A stretch of DNA of 64,000 nt from positions 186,583 to 250,582 of the forward strand of contig CAYLMU010000002.1 in NCBI GenBank assembly GCA_964385105.1, read 5' to 3'. Below the pieces are notes generated by a model. The model was not told where the DNA came from, searched no databases, and was given only the letters and a program-made list of their open reading frames with translations. Source of the stretch: an uncultured Candidatus Saccharibacteria bacterium. Lineage in GTDB: Bacteria; Patescibacteriota; WWE3; UBA101185; UBA10185. Position numbers and translations under genes: made by a program. Every line of letters begins with the position of its first letter. The stretch's first letter is position 1. Of the stretch, positions 30,415-39,958 are shown piece after piece.

Positions 30415-30667
30415 TTTGTTGAAACTCATTAATAAGGGAAGTTTTTTTGTTTCGAGGTAGCTTTTTGATCTCATATTCCCGCTTTAAAGCTTTGTTGAGT
30501 GAATCATACCTCTCAAAATATACAAGCTCTACAGGACGCCTTGTTTTTGTATATTTTGCTCCAATTTTTGATGAATTATGCTGTTTTATTCGCTGCTCAA
30601 TGTTTTTTGTGCTGCCGCAATAGTATGTGGTATCAGAGCATTTGAGTAAGTAGACGTAATAAACCAT
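30407..30667 (-). CDS. Small stand-alone GIY-YIG nuclease-domain protein (UPF0213-like)
   Basis: VYYVYLLKCSDTTYYCGSTKNIEQRIKQHN is the GIY-YIG signature with the conserved Arg/Glu spacing; 86 aa. Confidence 0.7.
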   Translation of the reverse strand: MVYYVYLLKCSDTTYYCGSTKNIEQRIKQHNSSKIGAKYTKTRRPVELVYFERYDSLNKALKREYEIKKLPRNKKTSLINEFQQNA

Positions 30668-30702
30668 GTGTTACTAATAAAGTAATAGCATATAATTTCA
30701 TC

Positions 30703-31500
30703 ATGTACAAATATAATCTTTTAGATATTGAACGTTATATATACGACAGAGAGAAGTATAAAGGTGCTATAGTATTTGCATATACTTATAAATCACAGCT
30801 TTTAAAATATATAGGCGCTCGACATACATGGGATCCACATCATCCCGATATAAAGTTAATTGAAGACGAGTTTTATGAATTTTTATCAAGAACTGATAAT
30901 TTAAATAAAGTGGTCTTTGTTGAAGGTAATCTTAAAGCAAAAGATACTTCGAAAACAAATGCCAATATAAATGCTGGTGAAGGCGGTCTTGTCTCATATC
31001 TTGCATCTTCCAATAATGTTGAAGTATATTGTCCTGAACCCGAAGAAACATTAATAAAAAGCAAATTACTTAAGGAGTTCACACGTGAAGAAATTTCTAC
31101 ATTTTACTTTTTAAGATGGGTCTCCTTATATTATAAAATGAATATGAGAGTATCCTTAGAAGAGTTCACAAATACAATTTTCTTAAATTGGTCAAAACAA
31201 TTAAATTGGGATGATTTTGATTTCAGTTACGAAAATATGCGGAGAATTTCTAAAGAGCTGTTAAATGGTAGTATTGATATAAACAATAAAAAAGATGTGA
31301 GTATAATGGTTTTGCCTATACCTAATAAAAGTGTAATTAATAACATCTCTATTAAAGTTCTATTTTTAAGAGATCAATTTATATTGAGTGAAATTGAAAA
31401 GTTCTGGAAAAATGGGTTTAGTATATTTATTGTTTACGGAAAAATACATGCTTACACTCAAAAACCCGCTCTTGACACAATTGTTAATAAGAATAGATAG
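30703..31500 (+). CDS. Hypothetical protein (265 aa), no recognisable motif
   Basis: Long ORF; nothing recognised. Confidence 0.35.
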   Translation: MYKYNLLDIERYIYDREKYKGAIVFAYTYKSQLLKYIGARHTWDPHHPDIKLIEDEFYEFLSRTDNLNKVVFVEGNLKAKDTSKTNANINAGEGGLVSYLASSNNVEVYCPEPEETLIKSKLLKEFTREEISTFYFLRWVSLYYKMNMRVSLEEFTNTIFLNWSKQLNWDDFDFSYENMRRISKELLNGSIDINNKKDVSIMVLPIPNKSVINNISIKVLFLRDQFILSEIEKFWKNGFSIFIVYGKIHAYTQKPALDTIVNKNR

Positions 31501-31568
31501 TTCTTTTTCATCAAAAACTCCTAAAACGGGTTTCCATTAAATAAAATAACCTTGTTATTTATCATAGC

Positions 31569-31961
31569 TTAAAGCTTATAATCTGTATATTGTCTTGGTA
31601 ATGGGGATTTATCTTTTGGATTACCATTATAATTAATAAAAATCTCCTCATCCTGCTTTATGTCTTTTATAGCAACAAAGTTCATTAGCATGTTCTTAAA
31701 GTCTTTTATAAATCTGGCATTGGGTTCATATGAGTGGTTTATTAAAATGCTATATCCTACAACAAAACATTCATATTTATCGTTCCATTCAAAGTTATAC
31801 CATCCTAATGTGGTGTCTTCTACCAGTGAAACCTGTCTTTTAGGTATTAAGATTATTGGTGCTGCTTCTATAATTTCACCCTCTTTAATGGGTTTTTCAG
31901 CTAATAAACATCTGATTCCGTTTAATGTGGGAGATTTGCCGACTTTAAATTTAAATTGCAT
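31569..31961 (-). CDS. SET-domain protein (putative protein-lysine methyltransferase)
   Basis: SET core motifs INHSYEPNA (cf. NHSCxPN) and EEIFINY (cf. EELtfdY), with the N-terminal GxG-like region; 130 aa. Confidence 0.6.
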   Translation of the reverse strand: MQFKFKVGKSPTLNGIRCLLAEKPIKEGEIIEAAPIILIPKRQVSLVEDTTLGWYNFEWNDKYECFVVGYSILINHSYEPNARFIKDFKNMLMNFVAIKDIKQDEEIFINYNGNPKDKSPLPRQYTDYKL

Positions 31962-31986
31962 TCTTTAAGTATACAAAAGTTAAATT

Positions 31987-33441
31987 TTAATAACCAGTGA
32001 AATAATCCGTTTTTATACCTTTTACACCTAATTTGGATAATATTTGCTTAAATGCCTTAACCATAGGCTCCGGGCCTGATAAGTAAAATACACGCTCTTT
32101 GTAATCTGGAATTTCATCTTTAATTTTATTTTCGTCAACAAAGCCGTCTGCATCAGTATTTACATAGACAGTTTTTAAACCAACACTTTCGGCTTCCGAA
32201 AACAAATTTTTAAATGCAGCTTCTTCTTCAGTTTTATTTGAATAAATCATTAGAATGTCTCTTTTTTCATTTTCATCGAGTAAGTGTTTAACCATACTTC
32301 TAAAAGGAGTAACACCAATTCCTCCGGCGAGAAATGCCAATTTTTCAGATTTCTCATGTGGTAATACAAAACTCCCAAGTGGGTTTGAAACCGTAATCAC
32401 ATCACCTTCGTTCATTTTAAGCAAAGCATTTTTAAACGAGCTTGAATTTTCAAATATGCGCATTGTCACTGAAACCAGTTCTTCTTTAGGTGACGAGGCA
32501 ATTGTGAAGTATCTCCTAACACCTCTTGCATCTAATTTTTTGTGGGGTAAAGTCCATTCCAAAAATTGTCCGGGTATAAAATTAAACTTTTTGCTTGGTG
32601 TAAAATAAAATGTCCAGGTGTTTTTTGCAGCTTGTTCTTTACGATTAAAAATTAAATAAGTATTAAATGAAGGAACAGCAACAAATGCATAAATGTTTCC
32701 TATAAGTAATGAGGTTTCAAGTCTATAGGGAAATGTTGGCAAGAAATATTGCATTAAAACATACGAAAATCCAACAATAGTACTAAAGATTATTTGATTT
32801 TTCTTTGTAGATGGTGATGTTAGTGGTTCAACAAGCATTACCAAAGTAAAAAACCATACTGAAGGTGCTAAAAATAGCGAAATATCAAATCCGCGTCTTA
32901 AAAACACTGAAACAAAATAAATAGCTAAAAATACAAAAACCATTTCTAAACGCTTTATTTTGTAGTTAATCCACAAACCCCCTAAAATTATAAATATTAC
33001 AGTTGATGTATCTTCAATCCACCATGACGCTCCCATGTTTAACAAAATCCCGGTAAGCATAATTGCCAACACTGCAGGATTAAAAATATGTTTTTTGTTA
33101 TAAGCAATCAGGTACTTTGAACCCATTGCAGCAACACCCAAAAAGAGCAAAACCGGAAGTCTTTCTATAGAACTAAACGGGCCGGAAACCAACGCTAATA
33201 TTAACGAAGTGATAGTGGCAGATTCAAAATTTGTTTTTGCATTAAATATTTTAGCTAAAAGCAGGTTAAAAGCATTGCAAATAATAAAAAGTGCTATTGT
33301 TGTGAAAATTATTGATTTGTAATCATAGGGCATCCTACCTGTTAAATTGAATATTATTCCTAAAAAAAGCAAAAAGAGCAATAAATAAAGAACCCGGCGG
33401 TACATTGTTAAATTAAGCAAATCTTTGACTTTAAATCTCAT
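31987..33441 (-). CDS. Polytopic membrane protein fused to a ferredoxin-NADP reductase-like FAD/NAD(P)-binding module
   Basis: About 8 TM helices; C-terminal RRYFTIASSP (RxY(S/T) FAD motif) and LAGGIGVTPFRSM (NAD-binding GGxGxxP). Confidence 0.6.
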   Translation of the reverse strand: MRFKVKDLLNLTMYRRVLYLLLFLLFLGIIFNLTGRMPYDYKSIIFTTIALFIICNAFNLLLAKIFNAKTNFESATITSLILALVSGPFSSIERLPVLLFLGVAAMGSKYLIAYNKKHIFNPAVLAIMLTGILLNMGASWWIEDTSTVIFIILGGLWINYKIKRLEMVFVFLAIYFVSVFLRRGFDISLFLAPSVWFFTLVMLVEPLTSPSTKKNQIIFSTIVGFSYVLMQYFLPTFPYRLETSLLIGNIYAFVAVPSFNTYLIFNRKEQAAKNTWTFYFTPSKKFNFIPGQFLEWTLPHKKLDARGVRRYFTIASSPKEELVSVTMRIFENSSSFKNALLKMNEGDVITVSNPLGSFVLPHEKSEKLAFLAGGIGVTPFRSMVKHLLDENEKRDILMIYSNKTEEEAAFKNLFSEAESVGLKTVYVNTDADGFVDENKIKDEIPDYKERVFYLSGPEPMVKAFKQILSKLGVKGIKTDYFTGY

Positions 33442-33514
33442 AGCAATATTAATCTAATTATACAGAATAAAACCACAATCTTAAATTAAACAATAAGCTG
33501 TAAATAATATCAGC

Positions 33515-34040
33515 TTTAATGTAAAAAAGGCGACTTTTTTGCTTTTAGGGCCAAGCTGTGCAGGAAAAACAACAACAATTTCAATTTCAAATACTACATT
33601 GTCAATAACTTAGGCGATGTTTTTGTCGCAGGCTATAGTGTTTCAGAGAATCCGGATGAAGTTAGACAAAACATTGGAGTCATTTTTCAAAACCCGAGTT
33701 TAGACCAAAATCTTACAGCAGAAGAAAATATTAGATTTCATGTAAATTTGTTTGCACTTGTTGCTGGTGTTCCTCTTTCAATTAAATCGTTAATTGTGGC
33801 ATTTCCGTTTGGAATCTTAGTTGCATTATTTGGAGGTGCTTTTGGTTTGATTGTTATGGCAGATATAAATGAACAAAAGTCTGCAATTCAGATTTTTCCT
33901 TTTTTACTGTTTCCGCAGTTCTGAATACTCTCAAGTAGTTTTGTTTAATCCTGTTACAAACCTTGCAATAGTTGGCACATTAACCTTAATATTTCTTATT
34001 ACCGGAACTTACATATTTGTAAAAAAAGAAAATAACCGTT
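33515..34040 (+). pseudogene. Decayed ABC transporter (ATPase Walker-A/Q-loop fragment joined to an ABC-2 permease fragment)
   Basis: Short frames read ...LLGPSCAGKTTTI (Walker A) and GYSVSENPDEVRQNIGVIFQNPSLDQNLTAEENIRFH, then a permease-like VAFPFGILVALFGGAFGLIV..., all broken by stops and frameshifts; no intact ORF of 60 aa or more. Confidence 0.45.
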
Positions 34041-34110
34041 AATTAATATATTGAGCTATATCTATAACATTGACATAAAATAATCCAAAGTCTAAAGTAA
34101 ATATGATTTT

Positions 34111-34485
34111 ATGAATAAATCTATTTTAACCTTCTTAATTGTTCTGACGATTGTTTCTATAATCAGTGTGATTGTTCTTGGAAGTAGAAATCAACGTAAC
34201 AAACAAATTACAACCGAGTCAAATACATATTTTTACGGAGATACATGCCCACACTGTAAAGAGCTTGAGGCATGGATGGAAGAAAATAAAATTGAGGAAA
34301 AACTAACAATCGTTAAAAAAGACGTTTACAATAACAAACAAAACGCTTTAGAACTTTCAAATGTAGCAGCAAGTTGCAATATTCCAGCTAATAGCATAGG
34401 TGTGCCGTTTTTTTATGCAGAGGGTGAATGTTATATCGGTACACCTGATATTCAAAATTATTTAATTAGCAAAGTTGGTCAATGA
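34111..34485 (+). CDS. Membrane-anchored thioredoxin-fold protein with a CPHC active site (DsbA/glutaredoxin-like)
   Basis: N-terminal TM, then YGDTCPHCKELEAW (CxxC, with His in the DsbA-like position); 124 aa. Confidence 0.5.
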   Translation: MNKSILTFLIVLTIVSIISVIVLGSRNQRNKQITTESNTYFYGDTCPHCKELEAWMEENKIEEKLTIVKKDVYNNKQNALELSNVAASCNIPANSIGVPFFYAEGECYIGTPDIQNYLISKVGQ

Positions 34486-34988
34486 GATACATTACTTCAA
34501 TAATCGGTTTACTGATGATTTTAATTTACCCGATTAAGGTTAAAGCTGTGTGTCCGTTGTGTACAATTGCGGTAGGAGCGGGACTTGGCTTATCAAGATG
34601 GATTGGTATTGACGATTCGATTACCGGGGTTTGGGTAGGAGGATTGATTGTATCAAGCGGTTTATGGATTTCAAGCTGGGTTAAAAGTAAGAATTTTAAA
34701 CTCCCAACAAATAAGATCTTTTATATTTTAATTATGGCACTTTTTGTAGTACCACCTATGTACATTAACGGCATAATAGGCATAGCCGGAAACACCATTT
34801 TTAGCATTGATAAGATTATTTTCGGTAGTATTATAGGCATTTTTGTGTTTGCCACTGCATTACAAATTGACACTTACTTAAGAAAAATACACAACGACAA
34901 AGTATTTATTCATTATCAAAAGGTTTTATTACCTATACTATTGCTTACAGTAACAAGTTTATTTTTATACCTATATGTCACAATCTAA
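34482..34988 (+). CDS. Integral membrane protein with a CPLC motif (possible DsbB/VKOR-like redox partner)
   Basis: Four predicted TM helices; CPLC at the extracytoplasmic end of TM1; start overlaps the upstream stop (ATGA). Confidence 0.4.
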   Translation: MRYITSIIGLLMILIYPIKVKAVCPLCTIAVGAGLGLSRWIGIDDSITGVWVGGLIVSSGLWISSWVKSKNFKLPTNKIFYILIMALFVVPPMYINGIIGIAGNTIFSIDKIIFGSIIGIFVFATALQIDTYLRKIHNDKVFIHYQKVLLPILLLTVTSLFLYLYVTI

Positions 34989-35532
34989 AAATGTACCAAG
35001 CATCGAAGATTTTATGAATAAAGTAAAGTCATTAGAAAAAGGCGAAAAACTTGATTTATCTTCTGATGAAGATTTATCTGTCGCCATTATGAACCTGATT
35101 TCAATTGAAGAGCATTTGTTTTTTACTTATAACAAAACTAATGACGCCAAATACCTTGAATTACTTAGTGAAATTCGTGAGATTAGAAAAAGTGCACTTA
35201 AAAAAATAATAAAAGAGTATGAAGGTGAGGTTTGGTGTATAAGTAAGCATTTGCTGGCCGCATCAATGAGATTTATGGAAGTAGGTACTAAGGCGTTAAC
35301 TAAAGGTGATACTACGGATGTTGAAGATATGTTTCAAAAATCATATCAGCTGTACAGCCTGTTTTGGGGATTAAATTTAGGATTAGTAAAAACAAAAGAT
35401 GTAGAACATATTGAACCAACTGAAGCTGCTTTTATAAGTGACGATATTAACCCTAATCTCAAAGGCACAGCAAGCTTACTTTCAAAACTAGGTGTTGTAG
35501 TAAAAAAAGCTATCGACTGCTGTAAAGAATAG
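34975..35532 (+). CDS. Hypothetical cytoplasmic protein (185 aa)
   Basis: ORF only; co-directional with the CxxC pair and overlapping by 14 nt. Confidence 0.35.
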   Translation: MSQSKNVPSIEDFMNKVKSLEKGEKLDLSSDEDLSVAIMNLISIEEHLFFTYNKTNDAKYLELLSEIREIRKSALKKIIKEYEGEVWCISKHLLAASMRFMEVGTKALTKGDTTDVEDMFQKSYQLYSLFWGLNLGLVKTKDVEHIEPTEAAFISDDINPNLKGTASLLSKLGVVVKKAIDCCKE

Positions 35533-36643
35533 ATGGTACAGCGGTTCTTAGTTTATTTATGAGCAAACCGGTATTTTTGTACGCATATACCATAGTAACA
35601 ACAACTACAACTCCCAAGCTGGTTATAACAAAGTTTACAAATGAATGCCCGGATGTATATACGTAATAAGCTAAAAATAAGATTATTGATTGTATTATGT
35701 ATGTAACTAAAGAGTTTTTACCAAAAGTTAGCAAAATCCAACCGAAGTGTTTTTTTAAATTTTCTTTAAATAAATCAAAAATATAATAATAAAATATAAA
35801 CCAGATAAAAAAAGTTATAAGTCTTCCGGGGCCTAAAGTTTGTTTTACGAATACAACACTTGCGCTTTCTTTAGAAATGAAATAGTAATTACCAAAAAAA
35901 TAGGATTGAATACTCAAAAAGTACGTAATACCAAATAATAAAAATACAAAGGCAATAATTAATTTTTTATTTGTTTTATAAAATTCTGTAAGCTTGGCTT
36001 TATACATTCCTGTTACGACACCAATATAAAACAAAAATTGCCATGACAAAATCTCAAATGAACTTAAGTACGAATTATAAACACGTTCTGTTTTATAACT
36101 GTAAATCCATAGAAAAAGTGAGAGTATAAATGGTATTGCAACTAAATTGCGCGATTTTGCAATAAAAAATAAAGAAGAAAAAGCGATAAATATTGAATAT
36201 AAAATTAAAACATCAGCCCAACCGTAGTTATAGCGCAGTGTAACGGTATGTGTAAATATATTTCTAAAAGGTTCAATTAAGATTCCGTTTCCTAATTCTG
36301 GCCAATCACCTATATTTATTGCAAGTAAAGTAAATGAAACAGTTAATATAGTATGTAAAAAAAATAACTTGGAGGACCGTAAAAACAGATTTTTAATAAC
36401 AAAACTTAAACCATTTTTTTGTAATTTTTTTGTAATTATTATTCCAAGCAATAAACCTGAAATAAAAACAAAACCTTCAGCTGCAGACACCCATAAGTTT
36501 CCATAGCCATTAAAATACCCATAAATTGGAGTATAAAATTTATACCCCAAGTGATCAATTAGAATTATAAACAAGTAGTATCCTCGTAGAAGATCTAATG
36601 TTACATTGCGTTTATTTAATTTAACTGGTTCAGACGCTTCCAT
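35510..36643 (-). CDS. Acyltransferase-3 / DUF1624-like polytopic membrane protein
   Basis: N-terminal NVTLDLLRGYYLFIILIDH signature and ~10 TM helices. Confidence 0.5.
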   Translation of the reverse strand: MEASEPVKLNKRNVTLDLLRGYYLFIILIDHLGYKFYTPIYGYFNGYGNLWVSAAEGFVFISGLLLGIIITKKLQKNGLSFVIKNLFLRSSKLFFLHTILTVSFTLLAINIGDWPELGNGILIEPFRNIFTHTVTLRYNYGWADVLILYSIFIAFSSLFFIAKSRNLVAIPFILSLFLWIYSYKTERVYNSYLSSFEILSWQFLFYIGVVTGMYKAKLTEFYKTNKKLIIAFVFLLFGITYFLSIQSYFFGNYYFISKESASVVFVKQTLGPGRLITFFIWFIFYYYIFDLFKENLKKHFGWILLTFGKNSLVTYIIQSIILFLAYYVYTSGHSFVNFVITSLGVVVVVTMVYAYKNTGLLINKLRTAVPSILYSSR

Positions 36644-36687
36644 AATGTAAACAAAGTAAAAAAGTATATATAATTTCTAAACAATGA

Positions 36688-37362
36688 CTAACAGTCCAGC
36701 GCCGCTAAACAGTCAGCACGAGCTGATGCGTCTTGTATTGACTGGCATGCGCCGCACATATCCTGATTATTCATTACACCTGTTGGTGAATTTGAAGAAT
36801 TAAATGTCTCTATCATTGCACTCATATCAACAAAATTCACATCAGAAGGTACATTAAACAGAGAATTATCAACATCCCAATTTGTACAGTCAAAATCATA
36901 GTTTGCAGTGTAGTTTAAGTCAGGCATAGTAGCATCCCCTTCAAAGTTTTCGAAATCTGACGGGTCAAAACTTTCTCTTGAAACTTTCATTCCTTCTTTA
37001 GTGGTTTGATCCCAAACATACATGAAATCGGTCAAGTAAAGGATTCGCATTAATCTTGTTTCATTGTTTATTACTGTGTCTATTTCTCCATACATCTGCT
37101 CACTATTAGCTGCATAAATTGACCCATTGCTTAGTACTTCACCGTCTTCATATGTATAAGTACACATTTTGTTATTCATACCAACCAGGTCGAAAATAGA
37201 ACCTGATACTGAATCCACAGAATCGGTATCATCTAGAGTTGTTTCCTCAATCATTGATTCTTCAAGTTGTGAGTCTGGTTTGTTTAATACAGTAGTGTAA
37301 GCTAAATATCCTACGACTGCTACTGCTAAAACTAATATTATGGGTATTATGGTTTTTTTCAT
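36688..37362 (-). CDS. Secreted acidic protein with C-terminal 6-Cys cluster (hypothetical)
   Basis: Signal peptide MKKTIIPIILVLAVAVVG; C-terminal CGACQSIQDASARADCLAALDC. Confidence 0.4.
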   Translation of the reverse strand: MKKTIIPIILVLAVAVVGYLAYTTVLNKPDSQLEESMIEETTLDDTDSVDSVSGSIFDLVGMNNKMCTYTYEDGEVLSNGSIYAANSEQMYGEIDTVINNETRLMRILYLTDFMYVWDQTTKEGMKVSRESFDPSDFENFEGDATMPDLNYTANYDFDCTNWDVDNSLFNVPSDVNFVDMSAMIETFNSSNSPTGVMNNQDMCGACQSIQDASARADCLAALDC

Positions 37363-37415
37363 GTTTTTATATTATCAAAAAATAACCTATATTACTATTT
37401 TAAAGTATTCCACAC

Positions 37416-38831
37416 TCATATGCTCAAACTCCCAGTCATACCCACTCTTTCTACAAAAAACCTGTCATGAGAGACCAAAAGCAATGTACCTTCAAAATTC
37501 TTTAGTGATTCTTCGATAACCTCTTTTGCTTCAATGTCTAAGTGATTAGTAGGTTCATCAAGTATTAAAAAGTCATAGTCGTTATATGCAAATACTGCAA
37601 ATGCAAATCTGGCACGTTCTCCCGGACTCAAATTTCGAATTCTTTTTTTTAAATCGTCTTTTTCGAACATAAATCTTCTCAACGCACCAAATGCATCGGT
37701 GTAATAACAACCGGTTTGCTCAATAAAATAGTCAAATAAATTCTTGTCAAAATCCAAATGCGTTTGTTTTTGTGCAAAATATCCAACTCTTAAGTTGTTG
37801 CCCACTCTAACCCTACCTCCCGTAGGTTTTTCTTCACCCATAATCAATTTTACAATTGTGGTTTTACCGGAACCGTTTGATCCAAATAACCATATTTTTT
37901 CGCCGCCTCTAATTTCAAATGACAAATCGCTTAAAACAGTTTTTTCATCGTAGTTTTTAACAACCGAGTCAAATAACACAATTAGCTTACTTGAAGTTAT
38001 ATCTGTATCAAAAGTAACTGGTTTTATACGTTTATCTATATATTTTTCTTTTAACTTCATTTCAATTTCACGTTCAATTCTCTTTTTAACCGACTGTACA
38101 CCCTTTCCGCTTCGACTGATATTACTTCTTCGAGCTTTTTTCAATAATTCATCAAGCTGGTTTTTTCGTTTAACAAAGCGAATATATTCCTCATTCCATT
38201 TATCAATTAGTTTTAGCTTCTGTTCCTTGTAGTTATCGTAGTCCCCCACAAACTTTAAAATATTCTTATTCTCAATTTCCCAAATTTCATCTACCGTATT
38301 GTTTAAAAACTCTCTATCATGTGAAATCATTACAACGGTTTTGTTTATGTTTTTAATATATTCTTCAAACCACATAATTCCTTCTATATCCAGGTGGTTT
38401 GTCGGTTCGTCTATTAAAAGCACGGTTGGATCTTTTAGCATAACCTCAATTACTTTTAGTTTCATTTTTTGTCCTTCGCTTAAAGTTTTTATCTCCTGGT
38501 ATGGGTCATAATTTTTAAAATCAAGCTGATGCATTAAAATATCTATTTTGTAAGTTTCGTATGGGTTATTAAGCTTTTTCTCAAGGTATTCACCCACAAG
38601 CTCATTTGGATAATTAAATTCTTGTGGTATATAGCCGATTTGTTCTCCCTGAGATTCAATATTCCCCACGTCGGGTGCAATTTCGCCAACTACCAATTTA
38701 AACAAAGTAGACTTACCACAACCGTTTTTACCAACTACTCCAATTTTACGGTTATTGCCGATTTTAAATTCAATATTTTGCAGTATTGGCTCACCTGTAA
38801 ATGTTTTGGTGATTCCTTTGCCTGTTATCAT
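37416..38831 (-). CDS. ABC-F family ATPase (tandem ABC domains, no TM; ribosome-associated type)
   Basis: Two Walker A sites (GKNGCGKST, GSNGSGKTT), two LSGG-type signatures (LSEGQKMK, LSPGERAR), and an inter-domain charged linker. Confidence 0.8.
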   Translation of the reverse strand: MITGKGITKTFTGEPILQNIEFKIGNNRKIGVVGKNGCGKSTLFKLVVGEIAPDVGNIESQGEQIGYIPQEFNYPNELVGEYLEKKLNNPYETYKIDILMHQLDFKNYDPYQEIKTLSEGQKMKLKVIEVMLKDPTVLLIDEPTNHLDIEGIMWFEEYIKNINKTVVMISHDREFLNNTVDEIWEIENKNILKFVGDYDNYKEQKLKLIDKWNEEYIRFVKRKNQLDELLKKARRSNISRSGKGVQSVKKRIEREIEMKLKEKYIDKRIKPVTFDTDITSSKLIVLFDSVVKNYDEKTVLSDLSFEIRGGEKIWLFGSNGSGKTTIVKLIMGEEKPTGGRVRVGNNLRVGYFAQKQTHLDFDKNLFDYFIEQTGCYYTDAFGALRRFMFEKDDLKKRIRNLSPGERARFAFAVFAYNDYDFLILDEPTNHLDIEAKEVIEESLKNFEGTLLLVSHDRFFVERVGMTGSLSI

Positions 38832-38876
38832 ATGGTGATTTTATCATTGTGTGGGGATTTTTTTGTTTCTTTTAAA

Positions 38877-39950
38877 TTACTTCAAATATCTATCAAAAAA
38901 CTCAACCGAGCGTTGCAAGGCTACACTTAGATTTGCTCCAATATTGTGATCATCGCCATTGTAAATAAAAATCTCAACTTCTTTGTCGACAGCTAACAAT
39001 TGCTCATTTAAGGTTTCAGAAAACTCAACAGGCACAGATGTGTCGGATGTTCCATGGTGCAGTTGTACCGGACCTGAAATGTCACTTAAGTATGAGTTGG
39101 CCGATATTGAATTCCAAAAATTAGGGTTATCTTTCGGCTCCCCATATTGTTCTATGAGATCTTGTCTCCAACCGCGTCTAACCGGCATATTGCTAGAACC
39201 GGTGGAATTATTATTTCTTCTTCTCCAGTTATTTAGCAAATCTTCGTAAGAGCCAACCACTCCCGCCCAAATAACTCCGGCCTTTATGTCTTTGTTCACA
39301 ACCATTGATTTTAGTGTAATTGACCCTCCCATGGAATGCCCCCACATACCAATACGATTTGAATCGGCATCTTCATAGCGCTTAATTGATGCAAGTGCAT
39401 TTAAAACATCAATTGTATAAGCATTTGACCCATAACCTCCCTCAGCACGCCCTTCAGAATTTCCATGGCCACGGTAGTCGGGTCGTAGCAAAATATATCC
39501 GTTTCGTGAAAATGCATCAGTATAAGCTATATATCTTTCAGTGGTTCTATATTGCTCGGGAGGAATATACCCATGATTAAATATAATTACAGGCCAACCT
39601 GTTTCCGGCTTTTCACCATACGGTACAGTTAACAATGCATAAATTTTTAAACCTTCAGATTTATAAGAAACTATGTACCTATCGTAGTTTGACCCGGGAC
39701 TTAAAGTTTGCTCAAATTCAAGGTCACTGCCGGTGTATTCCCCTTTTCGCATATATTCTATTGATAATGGATGTAATTCAGGTTCTGGTGCGTGGCCTTC
39801 AATTAATGGATTTTCAAAAAATGCTTCTTGATTGCTATTGGCTATACCGGATGGTGTCTTTAATGATGTGTAATAGTAATAAATTGCTAAAAACAAACCA
39901 AACGTTAATAAGAGTGTAATTGTTAGTTTTTTTGACGTAATTTTTTTCAT
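38877..39950 (-). CDS. Secreted alpha/beta hydrolase, paralog of 25986..27086
   Basis: GMWGHSMGGS nucleophile elbow; IIFNHGYIPPEQYRTTERYIAYTD nearly identical in pattern to the other copy. Confidence 0.6.
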   Translation of the reverse strand: MKKITSKKLTITLLLTFGLFLAIYYYYTSLKTPSGIANSNQEAFFENPLIEGHAPEPELHPLSIEYMRKGEYTGSDLEFEQTLSPGSNYDRYIVSYKSEGLKIYALLTVPYGEKPETGWPVIIFNHGYIPPEQYRTTERYIAYTDAFSRNGYILLRPDYRGHGNSEGRAEGGYGSNAYTIDVLNALASIKRYEDADSNRIGMWGHSMGGSITLKSMVVNKDIKAGVIWAGVVGSYEDLLNNWRRRNNNSTGSSNMPVRRGWRQDLIEQYGEPKDNPNFWNSISANSYLSDISGPVQLHHGTSDTSVPVEFSETLNEQLLAVDKEVEIFIYNGDDHNIGANLSVALQRSVEFFDRYLK

Positions 39951-39958
39951 ACTAACTA

